Part shown: piece by piece, positions 36,384 through 46,540 of the stretch
How the letters are laid out: each line of letters starts with the position of its first letter
Position numbering within the stretch: the first letter of the stretch is position 1
NCBI GenBank assembly: GCA_963741945.1
Contig: CAVUKA010000002.1
Location: 96,001-160,000 of the forward strand
Source of the DNA: an uncultured Gemmatimonadales bacterium
GTDB taxonomy: Bacteria; Gemmatimonadota; Gemmatimonadetes; Longimicrobiales; RSA9
Reading direction: 5' to 3'
DNA length: 64,000 nucleotides
The notes under the pieces: generated by a model
Told to the model about the DNA's origin: nothing
The model's database searches: none
Seen by the model: the letters and a program-made list of their open reading frames with translations, nothing else
Translations under genes and position numbers: made by a program

Positions 36384-38240
36384 TCAGGGAACGCTGATGC
36401 TCTGCACCGTCGAGCACACGTCGGTGCCGCCGGCGTTGCACACCTGGTAGCTGGCCGTCCCCGTCCAGTTCTTCCCCAGCTTGTCCGAGTACGACCCGCT
36501 GTTGGACGTGGTGACGTACAGCGTCAGGTTGCTGGTGTTCAGGCCACGATAGATGTCCACGCTCGCCGCGCTCGAGCCGCTCCACGTCAGGTCAGCGAAG
36601 ACGTTCGGGCCGTGCGAGGACGTGGAGACAGACAGCGTGATCACGTCGCCGGACCCGCCGCCGGAGGTGACGGTCACGGCGTGGCTGACGGTGTCCGGCA
36701 GATTGCCGCCGTCCGTGACGGTGAGCGTTACGGTGTACGTGCCGCCCGCGCTGAAGGTGTGGGACGGGGTCTGCGCCGTGGACGTGCTGTTGTCGCCGAA
36801 GTCCCAGCTCCACGCCACGATCGAGCCATCATCCGTGCTCTGGTCCGTGAACTGGCAGGTCAGATCCGCGCAGCTCCAGGTGAACCCGGCCGTGGGCGGC
36901 TGGTTCGTGGTTCCGCCGCCATTTCCCGGGTCATTCGCCGGATCGAGCGTCGTGTTCATCACGGCCCGATACGTGTTGACGCGTCCGTTGCCGAAGTTCG
37001 TGTCATACCCGCTGGCGCCGAGGTCGTCGGCGGTTCCCAGGATGTGGGAGAGAAGCGACGACCCCGTGAGCCCGGTCTTCGACGCCACCACCGCCGCCGT
37101 CCCGGTCACCTGCGGCGCGGCCATGGACGTGCCCTGCAGGTAGGCGTAGCCGCCACCCATGTACGCGCTGTAGATCCCGCCGTCCTCGCTGGTGTTCGAG
37201 TACATCTCGCCGCCCGGCGCCGAGATGTCGAGCCCGGCACCCCAGTTCGAATAGTAGGAGAGCGCGTCCTGCCAGTTCGTGGCCGCCACGGAGATGGCCT
37301 TCGGATCGCACGCCGGGCAGGAGACCGTCCCGGTCCCGTCGTTCCCCGCGGACGCGATCACGAGCGCGTTCTTGCCTGTGGCGTACGCGATCGCCTCCTT
37401 CTCCGCCTGCGACTCGCTGGCGCCGCCCAGGCTCATGTTCATGGCCACCACGCCGTAGTCGGCGGCCGCGCGGATCGCGTTCACGATGGCGGTGGTCGGG
37501 CACCCCTGGGCGCCGCACACCCGCTGCACGAACACCTTCACGTGCGGCCCCGCGCCGGAGACGCCCGCCACGCCCACGGTCCGGCCGACCATGGTGCCCG
37601 TGGTGTGCGTCCCGTGGCCGTCCTCGTCCGAGGGATCGTTGTCGCCGGAGTACCAGTCCTGGCCCTTGATCAGCTGTCCGGACAGGAACTCCGTGTGGTT
37701 GAAGTCGACGCCGGTGTCGATGCTCCCGATGACGACGTCGCTCCCGCCACTGCCATAGTTCTCGATGTTGTCCTCGTCCGCGTCTGCCACCGACTCGTAC
37801 CCGGACACCGGTTTGCCGTTGTTCCTGCCGCGGGTGTAGTAGAGCTGGAGCCCGCCCGGGTTGTAGAACGCCCAGAGGCGCGGATCGATGGTCGTGGTCT
37901 GGCGCAGGTAGTTCGGCTCCGCGTAGACGACGCGGGCGTCCTGAGCCACGGCCCGGGCATTGGCATGCTCGGCACCCATGGCCCCCCGGAAGATCCTGAA
38001 GGCATCGTGATACCCGGCACGGCCCAGCTGGAGGCCGTGGGCGGCCGCCACAACGGCGGGATCCGCCCCGTCCTTCAGCTTCACGATCACCTCGCCGCCC
38101 ACCACGCGGTCGCGACCGCTCTGCACGGACGCCTGCGGGGCTACGGAGGCGAGGGGCGCCTGTGGTGCGGTCTGCGGCTGGGTGAGATCCTGACACGCTG
38201 CCGCACCGAGAGCGAGCAGCAGGACGAGTGAGCGACGCAT
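36384..38240 (-). CDS. S8 subtilisin-like serine protease lipoprotein with PKD domain
   Basis: IDTGVD, GHGTHTTG, GTSMAAPQV triad; PPTAGFT..WSWDFGD PKD; lipobox AAAC. Confidence 0.92.
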   Translation of the reverse strand: MRRSLVLLLALGAAACQDLTQPQTAPQAPLASVAPQASVQSGRDRVVGGEVIVKLKDGADPAVVAAAHGLQLGRAGYHDAFRIFRGAMGAEHANARAVAQDARVVYAEPNYLRQTTTIDPRLWAFYNPGGLQLYYTRGRNNGKPVSGYESVADADEDNIENYGSGGSDVVIGSIDTGVDFNHTEFLSGQLIKGQDWYSGDNDPSDEDGHGTHTTGTMVGRTVGVAGVSGAGPHVKVFVQRVCGAQGCPTTAIVNAIRAAADYGVVAMNMSLGGASESQAEKEAIAYATGKNALVIASAGNDGTGTVSCPACDPKAISVAATNWQDALSYYSNWGAGLDISAPGGEMYSNTSEDGGIYSAYMGGGYAYLQGTSMAAPQVTGTAAVVASKTGLTGSSLLSHILGTADDLGASGYDTNFGNGRVNTYRAVMNTTLDPANDPGNGGGTTNQPPTAGFTWSCADLTCQFTDQSTDDGSIVAWSWDFGDNSTSTAQTPSHTFSAGGTYTVTLTVTDGGNLPDTVSHAVTVTSGGGSGDVITLSVSTSSHGPNVFADLTWSGSSAASVDIYRGLNTSNLTLYVTTSNSGSYSDKLGKNWTGTASYQVCNAGGTDVCSTVQSISVP

Positions 38241-38502
38241 CGGCGCACTCCTTGGTTGAGGGCTTCTTTTCTGCCGGCGGGTCGGGCGCGGCCATGGTGG
38301 CGAGCGCCCGCGGAGAGTCACCGGACCACAGTGTCCGGAATTACGGCAGGCTCTCAAGGGTAAGAAGGACGGCGCCGCACATCAAGGATGTCTGACGACG
38401 GGGGCGATGGGGGATCACGGCCCGCCGCGCTTGACGGTGAACGCGGGAAGCGTGAGGTTTTGCGGGTTCCTTCCCCGGCCCCCTCCCCCTGCCCGGACGC
38501 AC

Positions 38503-40611
38503 ATGAAAACACGCCGCGCGCTCCCCGTGGCGACCTTCGGGTTCGCCCTCGTTCTCCTTTCATCCCCGGCCGTGTCGCAGCAGCTGCCCGGCTACACCCC
38601 GGCCGGCTCGGACCGGGAGCGGGCGCTCGAGACGGACGTCGTCGCGCGGCCGGATACCGCCGACGCGCGCACCCACTCCCGTGCGCTGAGCCGGGAGCCG
38701 CACGTGGCGGGAACGCCGGCGCAGGCCCGCACGCGCGACTACGTGATCAGCCGGATGAAGTCGTGGGGGCTGCGCACGTCCGTGCGCAGCTACAGCGTCT
38801 TCCTCCCGCACGCCACCGGCGTCCGGGCCTGGCGCGTGCGCCCCGACTCGCAGGAGCTGTCGCTCGCGGAGCCGGCCATCCCCGGCGACCCGGCGAGCGC
38901 CAGGCCCCAGTACCCGACGGTGAACGGGAGCAGCGCGGCGGGCGACGTGACCGCGCCGGTGGTCTACGTGAACTACGGTCTCATCGAGGACTACGCGCGG
39001 CTGGACTCCCTCGGCGTTTCGGTGGACGGGAAGATCGCGGTGGCGCGCTACGGCCGCTCCTTCCGGGGCATCAAGGCGCGGGAAGCGGAGAAGCATGGTG
39101 CCGCCGCGCTGTTCATCTACAGCGATCCCGCGGACGACGGCTACGCGCTTGGCGACGTCTACCCGGACGGTCCGATGCGGCCGTCGTTCGGCGTGCAGCG
39201 CGGGAGCGTCATGAACGTGGAGGGCGACCCGACCACGCCGGGCTATCCGAGCACCGCCGGCGCCGCGCGCGTGGACCCGACCCCGGTGGTGCCGCACATC
39301 CCCGTGGTGCCGGTCTCGTACGGCAACGCCGCGGAACTGCTCGAGGGACTGCGCGGCACCGACATCCCGCAGGACTGGCAGGGGGGACTCCCGTTCCGCT
39401 ATCACGTCGGCCCCGGCCCGGTGGTGGCGCGGGTGCAGGTGACCACGGACGAGGACACGAAGCCGTACAAGGACATCTGGGACACGTTCGGGATCGTGCG
39501 CGGCAGCGAGTTCCCGGATGAGGTCGTGGTGGTCGGCGGCCACCGCGACGCGTGGGGGCCCGGCAGCGATGACAACGTGAGCGGCTCGGTCACCGTCCTG
39601 GAGATTGCCCGCGCGGTGGCGGAGCAGCTGAAGGAGGGGAAGCGGCCGAAGCGGACGCTGGTCTTCGCCACGTGGGACGCGGAGGAATGGGGGCTGGTGG
39701 GCTCCGTCGAGTACGTCGAGGAGGACTCGCTCCGGCTGCAGAAGGGGGGCGTCGCCTACCTCAACCAGGACATGATCGCTTCGGGTCCGCGCTTCCACGC
39801 CGGGGGCTCGCCATCGCTGCGGGCGGTGCTGCGCTCCGCGGCGCAGCGGGTGCCGGCCCCCGACTCCGCGGGGAGCCTGTGGGACGCCTGGCGCGCCGGG
39901 GCGAGCGTTGGCCCCGCGGAGATCCCGGACATGGGCGACCCGGGCGGCGGCTCCGACTACGCCGGCTTCTACAACCACCTCGGAATCCCCATCCTCGACT
40001 GGGGCTTCGGCGGCCCGCAGGGGATCTACCACTCGGCGTACGACGACACCGGATGGATGGAGCGCTTCGGCGACCCGGGATACCGCAACCACGTGGCCGC
40101 GGCCCGGCTCGGCGCCGCCATCGCGCTGCGCATCGCCAACGCCGACGTCCTCCCGTACGACTACGCCGAGTTCGCCACGACCATGCGCGGCTATCTGCCC
40201 GCGCTGGACAGCGCCTTCGCGAAGAGGGGGTGGGACCCGGACAGCGACACGCTCTCCGCCGCCATCGACCGGATGGAGTCGGCCGCCCGCGCGTTCGCGG
40301 CGGCCCGGGACTCGGTGCTGGCCGGGTCGTCGCCGGCGGCGAAGGTGCTCGAGCGGACCAACGCCGCGCTCCTGCGCGTCGAGCGCGCGCTCACTCGACC
40401 CGCCGGGCTGGTGGGCCGGCCCTGGCAGCGCAACCTCATCTACGTGGCCGACCTCGACAACGGTTACTCGAACATGGTGTTCCCGTCCGTCAACGAGGCG
40501 GTGCGGGCGAGCGACGAGGGGCGCGCGAAGCGGGAGATCGCGGACCTCTCGGCCCGCTTCGACCGGGCCACGACGGCGCTGAAGGACGCGCGGGCAGCGC
40601 TCATGCGGTGA
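38503..40611 (+). CDS. M28 glutamate carboxypeptidase II-like peptidase (PA and TfR-dimerisation domains)
   Basis: HRDAW..G.DDN.SG, WDAEEWG, GSDY, YHSAYD; signal peptide. Confidence 0.9.
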   Translation: MKTRRALPVATFGFALVLLSSPAVSQQLPGYTPAGSDRERALETDVVARPDTADARTHSRALSREPHVAGTPAQARTRDYVISRMKSWGLRTSVRSYSVFLPHATGVRAWRVRPDSQELSLAEPAIPGDPASARPQYPTVNGSSAAGDVTAPVVYVNYGLIEDYARLDSLGVSVDGKIAVARYGRSFRGIKAREAEKHGAAALFIYSDPADDGYALGDVYPDGPMRPSFGVQRGSVMNVEGDPTTPGYPSTAGAARVDPTPVVPHIPVVPVSYGNAAELLEGLRGTDIPQDWQGGLPFRYHVGPGPVVARVQVTTDEDTKPYKDIWDTFGIVRGSEFPDEVVVVGGHRDAWGPGSDDNVSGSVTVLEIARAVAEQLKEGKRPKRTLVFATWDAEEWGLVGSVEYVEEDSLRLQKGGVAYLNQDMIASGPRFHAGGSPSLRAVLRSAAQRVPAPDSAGSLWDAWRAGASVGPAEIPDMGDPGGGSDYAGFYNHLGIPILDWGFGGPQGIYHSAYDDTGWMERFGDPGYRNHVAAARLGAAIALRIANADVLPYDYAEFATTMRGYLPALDSAFAKRGWDPDSDTLSAAIDRMESAARAFAAARDSVLAGSSPAAKVLERTNAALLRVERALTRPAGLVGRPWQRNLIYVADLDNGYSNMVFPSVNEAVRASDEGRAKREIADLSARFDRATTALKDARAALMR

Positions 40612-40649
40612 ACATCGCCGTGGCCGCGGCGCCGGCCGCAGGCTGACGC

Positions 40650-41018
40650 TCAGCCGCTCTGCATCTCCCGCACGATCCGGATCAGCTCCCGCTCCCGGGC
40701 GTGCGCGCACGGGAGATCGCACATCCCCATGTCGTCCAGCGACCTGCAGTGCCCCGGGCACTGCTCCGTCCCCCGCAGCGAAGGCAGGCCGTCCGTATCC
40801 ATCTCCGGCAGGAGGTGGCGGAGGCGGGCCGTACGAATCGAGACGGTGCTGCCGCAGCGGTGCTCGAACACGAGGAGATTGGCCTCGGGCACGGGCGCGT
40901 AGCCCTGGAACCCGAGCAGACGCACGTCCACGTCGGTCACGAACGCCTCCCAGCTCGGCCACCGGGCGTGGCACGACCCGCAGCGGGCGAAATCCTGGTC
41001 CGTGGCAATGGCGCTCAT
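40650..41018 (-). CDS. Small Cys-rich hypothetical protein
   Basis: CGSCH, FEHRCGST, CPGHC, CDLPC; 122 aa. Confidence 0.7.
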   Translation of the reverse strand: MSAIATDQDFARCGSCHARWPSWEAFVTDVDVRLLGFQGYAPVPEANLLVFEHRCGSTVSIRTARLRHLLPEMDTDGLPSLRGTEQCPGHCRSLDDMGMCDLPCAHARERELIRIVREMQSG

Positions 41019-41120
41019 GCCGGAAGCTAACCCGCCGGCGGCGGCGAGGAAGTGGGGGCGGCAGCTCACCCCCGAACCCTCGATGCCCTCACTCAGCCCC
41101 CTCCGCGCGAAGCGCCGTTC

Positions 41121-41190
41121 CTCCGCGCTCTTCGCGCCTTCGCGTGAGACGCAGTTCCTTCGCGCCCTCCGCCGCCTTCGCGCCCTCCGC
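41121..41190 (-). repeat. REP-like motif related to the 15.2-15.5 kb repeats
   Basis: CTCCGCGCTCTTCGCGCCTTCGCGTGA (41121-41147) followed by degenerate 9-bp units. Confidence 0.7.
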
Positions 41191-41191
41191 C

Positions 41192-42370
41192 TCATTCGAA
41201 CGTGCCGACCACCCTCGCCTCCCCCTCCTCCACGAACACGCGTCCGCGCGCGATGACCCACGACGGCTTGAGCCCGGAATCCAGGAGCACGAGGTCCGCG
41301 TCGGCGCCGACCGCGACCCGCCCCTTCCCGGTCAGACGCAGCAGCCGCGCGGGCGTGGCGGTGACGGGGAGGAGCGCCGTCTCCATCGGCAGCCCTTCCT
41401 CACGGACCGTGTCCCGCACTTCGCTCCAGAGCGACTCCGGCCGGCCGGAAGTGAGCGACACCAGCTCCCCCCGGGCATCGAACTGGGGGAGCGAGCCGCC
41501 GGCATCGGACGTGAACGTGATGTGATCCAGCGGGACGCCGGCGTCCAGGAGCTCGCGGAGCGCCCGGGACGGCTTCACCTCCTCGTCGGGGAACGCCGGC
41601 CACGCGGACGTGGTGATGTCCAGGGTGGCCTCTCGGCCGTAGGACCTGGCCGCTTCGAACACCGCGCGGCTCCGGTTCGCGTGCGTGGGGTGGAACTGGC
41701 GGTACGTGAGCTCGCTGGTGGCCACGGCGTCGCGGATCAGGCGGAACGGGTCCTCGGCGTCGCCCATGTGGAGGTGGACCAGGCCGCACTTCCCGCCGAG
41801 CATCCCGCCGAGGCGCACCGCCTTGGCCAGCACCACCAGGTCGTGGACGGTGGGGCTGGACGAGCGGTGGTCGGCGATGGCGATCTCCCCCGCCCCGATC
41901 ACTTCCTCGATGAGCGCCAGGTCGCGCGTGATGTCGCCGGTTATGGTGGGCGTGGGGATGCGGTAGGCACCAGTCCAGATCCACGCGGAGATCCCTTCCG
42001 CCCGGAGCGCCTTCGCCCGCATCAGCACGCTCTCCACGTTGCGCGTGGCGCCGTCCGTCCCCAGCAGCCCGACGACGGTCGTCGTCCCGCCGGCCACGAG
42101 CCACGACAGCGGCACTTCCGGCGTTCGCGTGGCCGGGCCGCCCTCGCCGCCTGCCCCGGCAATGTGGACGTGGCCGTCGATCAGGCCCGGGATGACGGTG
42201 CGACCGCCCGCGTCCACTTCCCGGGCCCCGAGCGACGCCGGGATCGTCAGCTCCGGGGCCACCGCCACGATGCGGCCGCCCGCGCAGAGGATGTCGCGGC
42301 GCCCGAGCGGTTCCGGGGCGTAGACCTCCGCGTCACGGACGAGGAGCGGAGCGGGCGTGTGGCTGGTCAT
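41192..42370 (-). CDS. iadA: Isoaspartyl dipeptidase (beta-aspartyl peptidase)
   Basis: VYAPEPLG, PGLIDGHVHIAGAGGEGG, VVGLLGTDG, TGAY, DHRSS, HLHMGD, PTHANR, SDAGGSLP. Confidence 0.93.
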   Translation of the reverse strand: MTSHTPAPLLVRDAEVYAPEPLGRRDILCAGGRIVAVAPELTIPASLGAREVDAGGRTVIPGLIDGHVHIAGAGGEGGPATRTPEVPLSWLVAGGTTTVVGLLGTDGATRNVESVLMRAKALRAEGISAWIWTGAYRIPTPTITGDITRDLALIEEVIGAGEIAIADHRSSSPTVHDLVVLAKAVRLGGMLGGKCGLVHLHMGDAEDPFRLIRDAVATSELTYRQFHPTHANRSRAVFEAARSYGREATLDITTSAWPAFPDEEVKPSRALRELLDAGVPLDHITFTSDAGGSLPQFDARGELVSLTSGRPESLWSEVRDTVREEGLPMETALLPVTATPARLLRLTGKGRVAVGADADLVLLDSGLKPSWVIARGRVFVEEGEARVVGTFE

Positions 42371-42448
42371 GGGCGGACCTCGATGGAGTCGGTGGCGGCC
42401 GTCGCCGGCAGCGGTCGGTGCGTGAAGCGCATCGTGAGGTGCGGTGTC

Positions 42449-43975
42449 TCAGTGGTACCCGATGGCCACCGCGAACACCACGAACGCGGAAGCGGCGATG
42501 ACCAGGGCGAGCAGGAACTTCCAGATGAAGCGGGCCCAGATCGCCCATTCGACCCGGGCCACGCCGAGCGTTCCGATGAGAGCGCCCGACGTGGGCACGA
42601 TGATGTTGGTGAACCCATCGCCGAGCTGGAATGCGAGGACGGCCACCTGGCGGGTGACGCCGGCGAGGTCGGCGAGCGGGGCCATGAGCGGCATGGTGAG
42701 GGCCGCCTGCCCGGACCCGGAGACCACGAAGAAGTTGAAGATGGACTGGAACACCAGCATGAGCCACGCGGACGCGGCGGCCGGAAGGGTGGCGATCACG
42801 CTCGCTTCGTGCAGGAGCGTGTTGAGCACGGACGGGACGGTGGGCGCATCGCCGCCCAGGACGAGGACGATCCCCTTGGCCATGCCCACGATGAGCGCCG
42901 CGTCCAGGATGTCGCGGGCACCCGTCCGGAATGCCCGGCCGATGTCGTTGACGCGCATGCCGTTGAGCCGGAAGAGCGCGCCGATGATCCCGGCCGCCAC
43001 GCCCATGACGAAGAACTGAGTGGCGATTTCGGGGATGTAGTACTGCCGGGCGACCACGCCCCAGACCACCCAGACCACGGTGGCGAGGACGGTCAGGAGC
43101 ACGAGCTTGTGCCCGAACGTGAACGCCGGATCGAGCGCCCGCGCCTCCTCCACCTCCTTCGCCAGCGGGTTCGGGATGCCGAAGAGCGGCGAGCGCTCGG
43201 GCGTCTGGCGGACCCGCTGGGCGTACCACCACGTCCAGCCGGTCCCGAAGAGGGTGAAGAACGCCCACATGGCCATGCGGAACGGCGCACCGGACATCAC
43301 GGGCACTTCCGCCACGCCCTGGGCGATGGCCACGCTGAACGGGTTCATCCACGACGTGGCGAACCCGATCTGCGTGGCGACGTAGGTGATGAGCACCCCC
43401 ACGATGGCGTCGTAGCCGAGGGCGAGGACGAGCGGCACCAGGATCATGGCGAACGCGATCGCTTCCTCGCCCATCCCGAAGACGGCGCCGCCCACCGAGA
43501 AGAGCACGAACATCACGGGAACGATGAGCGCTTCCGCGCCGGCCGTCCTCTTGATGACCGCCAGGATGCCGGCCTCGATGGCGCCCGTCCGCAGCACGAT
43601 CCCGAACGCGCCACCGATGACCAGGATGAAGGCGACGACGCCGATGGCCGCCCCGAACTTGTTCCCGGAGACCAGCCCTTCGAACGCGTAATTGAAAACG
43701 CCGACGCCCCCGCCCGGGGCGAAGGCCGGCACACCGCGCCGCACCGGCTCGCCCGCGGCGTTGCGCAGCAGCTCGAAGCTGCCGGGCACCAGCACCTCCC
43801 GCTCCTGGGCCGCGCCGGCCGCGTCGATGAAGTGGACGGTGGTGGTCTCGAACGATCCCGCCGGCACCACGTACGTCAGCAGCGCCGCGAACAGGATGAC
43901 GAAGAAGATGATGACGTACGTGTCCGGCGCCTGGAACCGCGGCCGCCCCGGCTCCCGCGCCGCCGCTGCTGTCAT
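42449..43975 (-). CDS. yfcC: YfcC/DcuC-family transporter (putative basic amino acid antiporter)
   Basis: PDTYVIIF, LTYVVPAGSF, FGMGEEAIAF, SWMNPFSVAIAQG, VSGSGQAALTMP, AFQLGDG. Confidence 0.9.
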   Translation of the reverse strand: MTAAAAREPGRPRFQAPDTYVIIFFVILFAALLTYVVPAGSFETTTVHFIDAAGAAQEREVLVPGSFELLRNAAGEPVRRGVPAFAPGGGVGVFNYAFEGLVSGNKFGAAIGVVAFILVIGGAFGIVLRTGAIEAGILAVIKRTAGAEALIVPVMFVLFSVGGAVFGMGEEAIAFAMILVPLVLALGYDAIVGVLITYVATQIGFATSWMNPFSVAIAQGVAEVPVMSGAPFRMAMWAFFTLFGTGWTWWYAQRVRQTPERSPLFGIPNPLAKEVEEARALDPAFTFGHKLVLLTVLATVVWVVWGVVARQYYIPEIATQFFVMGVAAGIIGALFRLNGMRVNDIGRAFRTGARDILDAALIVGMAKGIVLVLGGDAPTVPSVLNTLLHEASVIATLPAAASAWLMLVFQSIFNFFVVSGSGQAALTMPLMAPLADLAGVTRQVAVLAFQLGDGFTNIIVPTSGALIGTLGVARVEWAIWARFIWKFLLALVIAASAFVVFAVAIGYH

Positions 43976-43979
43976 GGCG

Positions 43980-44879
43980 CTACTCCTCGATCACGCGCCG
44001 GCGCGCGAGGTCGTAGCGCTGGCCGCTCCCGAGCAGGTGGAGCTTCAGCCCGTGGCCGACCAGGTCGCCGTCGTCGTCCACCCCGATGCCCGTGGCTTCC
44101 GACGCGTCGATCACCATGACGGTGTTGTCCCCGAAAACCTCGAACTCGGCCGGGCCGGACGTGATGACGGCGGTGGCCTCGTCGATCCCCACGCCCACCA
44201 GCTCCGGGTGCTCCAGCACCAGGGAGATCAGGCGGTTCTCCCGCTGGCGCGCGATGAAGTGCTGGTCGATGATCGCGCGCGTGACGAAGCCGAAGCCCGG
44301 GGCCGTGACGACGTTGCCCCGCTCGATGGTCGTGAACGGGTACTCCGCGTCCGGGTGCAGCGCCTCGTCGCCCGTGACCATGATCTCGCTCATCACCGCG
44401 GCGCCGGCGCTCGTGCCCGCCAGCACACCGCCCTTCCGGTAGATCTCCCGCGCACGGTCCAGGACGCGCGTGCCGAGCATGTGGCGGGTGAGCCGGTTCT
44501 GGTCGCCCCCGGAGAAGAAGATACCGGTGGCCCCGTCCAGCGCGGCCACGGTGGCGTCATCATTGGCCGTGACGCTGTCGAACTGGACGAAGCTCACGGC
44601 CGGGCAGCCCGCGTCCCGGAGCTGCTGGCTCTGGTACTCCGCCACGTCCACCGGCTCCGCGCTCGCCATGGGGATCACCACCATGCGGCAGGCGTCGCCG
44701 CCCGCCAGCTCCACGATCTTCTCCATGAGGTAGGCGGGGCGGTCGCCGCCGCCGATGATCACCAGGTGGCCGGGACCCGCTGGCGGGGTGAAGCCGGCCG
44801 CTGGCGGGGTGAAGCCGGCCAGCAGGAAGGCGCCGAGCAGAAGGGCTGCCGGGCGCGCGCGCGCGACGTGACGATGCAT
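43980..44879 (-). CDS. Exported cyanophycinase (peptidase S51, CphB/CphE-like)
   Basis: LVIIGGG, IFFSGGDQ, GTSAGA, IDQHF..RQR..RL, GVGIDE; N-terminal hydrophobic signal. Confidence 0.88.
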   Translation of the reverse strand: MHRHVARARPAALLLGAFLLAGFTPPAAGFTPPAGPGHLVIIGGGDRPAYLMEKIVELAGGDACRMVVIPMASAEPVDVAEYQSQQLRDAGCPAVSFVQFDSVTANDDATVAALDGATGIFFSGGDQNRLTRHMLGTRVLDRAREIYRKGGVLAGTSAGAAVMSEIMVTGDEALHPDAEYPFTTIERGNVVTAPGFGFVTRAIIDQHFIARQRENRLISLVLEHPELVGVGIDEATAVITSGPAEFEVFGDNTVMVIDASEATGIGVDDDGDLVGHGLKLHLLGSGQRYDLARRRVIEE

Positions 44880-45033
44880 GGCTCCGTATCCGTTCGTTGA
44901 TGTCCCGGCCGGGGGCCCGGCGGGCTGCGCGCCCGCGGACCGTCCACCAGGTCGATTTGCCGCACCCGCCCGGGAGCGGGACGGCCCGGTCAGACCGCAG
45001 TCTACGCGGTGGAGCGCGCGCACGCACGCACGA

Positions 45034-46419
45034 CTACGCCGGCCGCACGTTGTGGTTGCTCCGGAAGAAGTTCTCCGGATCCCACTTCGCCTTGATCCGC
45101 GCGAGGCGGTCGTGGTTCTTCCCATACGCCGCCCGCGCGCCGTCCTCCTCGTCGCCGCCCAGCAGATTCACGTACGTCCCCCCGGTGGCGTGGGGAGCCA
45201 GGTCGGCATGGAAGCCCCGCGCCCAGTCCATCAGCGCGGCGTCGTGGGCCGCCTCGGACCAGCCGGGGAAGATGTGGAGGGCGTACTCCGCGCGGCGGTG
45301 CGGGAACGCCGTGGCTTCCGGGTCGACGCGGCCGATGGCGCCGCCCTCGCGCTCGAAGTAGACCATGGTGAACGGGCCGGGGAGGTCTTCGGTGCCGGCG
45401 AGGGTAAGGTCGATGGCGTCGTCGGAAAGCGCATCGAGGTAGTGGGCCTTCGAGTACCAGCGCAGCCCCTCCGGCGTGCCGGCGTCGAACGCGCGCTGCA
45501 CGTCGACGTACGGCTGCGGCGCCACGAGCTCCAGGATGGGGGTGCCGAAGTCGCGCAGCGGCTTCATCTCGGCCTCTCCTTCGGCGATCACGCCCGCGTA
45601 GCAGAAGACCAGGAAGAGCGCCACGCGGCCGCGGTGCTCCTCCGGGAACGGCTCCACCGGCGGCACGCGGATGAGGAAGGCGTAGACCTGCAGCGAGTCG
45701 GGGGCGTCCGCCATGAAGTCGCGGTAGAAGCGAAGCACCCGGCCGGCGTCCTCGAAGGGGTGGACGATCTGGCCCGCCAGCACTTCGGGGCCGACCTCGT
45801 GGAGCCGGAAGTCCAGCGACGTCACCACGCCGAAGTTCCCGCTCCCGCCGCGCAGCGCCCAGAAGAGGTCCGGGTTCTCGGTGGCGGACGCGCGGACGAT
45901 GCGGGCGTCGGCTGTCACCACATCGGCACCCGTCAGGTTGTCCAGCGCCAGCCCGTGCTTGCGCGCCAGGTACCCGGTGCCGCCGCCGAGCGTGTAGCCG
46001 GGCACGCCCACGGTGGAGACGGTCCCGCCGGTGGTGGCCAGTCCGTGCGCCTGGGTCGCGGCATCGAACGCGCCCCAGCGCGCGCCCGGTCCGACGCTCG
46101 CCGCCCGCTCCCCGGCATCGACATCGACGCCGCCCATGGCCGAAAGGTCGATCAGCAGTCCATCATCGATGCTGGAGTTGCCGGCGTAGCTGTGGCCCCC
46201 GCTCCGCACTGCCACCCGGATGCCGTGCTCGCGGGCGGCCCGGATCGCCGTGACGACGTCGCCGGCGGCCGCGCACCGGGCAATGGCTCCGGGGCGGCGG
46301 TCGAAGCGGCCGTTCCACCCCCGGCGCGCCGCGTCGTAGCCGGCGTCGCCCGGCGCAATGAGGCCACCGCTGAGGTCGGTGCGGAGGGATTGGAGCAGTG
46401 CGGTCGGAAGCTGGGTCAT
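45034..46419 (-). CDS. FAD-binding oxidoreductase (VAO/berberine bridge enzyme family)
   Basis: VRSGGHS, DLFWALRGGSGNFGVVT, YVN, KAKWDPENFFR. Confidence 0.92.
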   Translation of the reverse strand: MTQLPTALLQSLRTDLSGGLIAPGDAGYDAARRGWNGRFDRRPGAIARCAAAGDVVTAIRAAREHGIRVAVRSGGHSYAGNSSIDDGLLIDLSAMGGVDVDAGERAASVGPGARWGAFDAATQAHGLATTGGTVSTVGVPGYTLGGGTGYLARKHGLALDNLTGADVVTADARIVRASATENPDLFWALRGGSGNFGVVTSLDFRLHEVGPEVLAGQIVHPFEDAGRVLRFYRDFMADAPDSLQVYAFLIRVPPVEPFPEEHRGRVALFLVFCYAGVIAEGEAEMKPLRDFGTPILELVAPQPYVDVQRAFDAGTPEGLRWYSKAHYLDALSDDAIDLTLAGTEDLPGPFTMVYFEREGGAIGRVDPEATAFPHRRAEYALHIFPGWSEAAHDAALMDWARGFHADLAPHATGGTYVNLLGGDEEDGARAAYGKNHDRLARIKAKWDPENFFRSNHNVRPA

Positions 46420-46540
46420 GATGGGTCCAGTGGGAGAGGGAGCGAGAATAGGGTATCGCCGGCGAGGGACGGGCGCGCCCCCGTGATCCGGGGAGGCGCC
46501 CGCCCATCGATTGTGCCGGCCGAGGGCCCGGCGTGTCAAA

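Noticed and set aside
40971-40985. Cytochrome c call from the CGSCH motif
   Set aside because: No export signal, and the additional Cys clusters suggest another kind of metal site.
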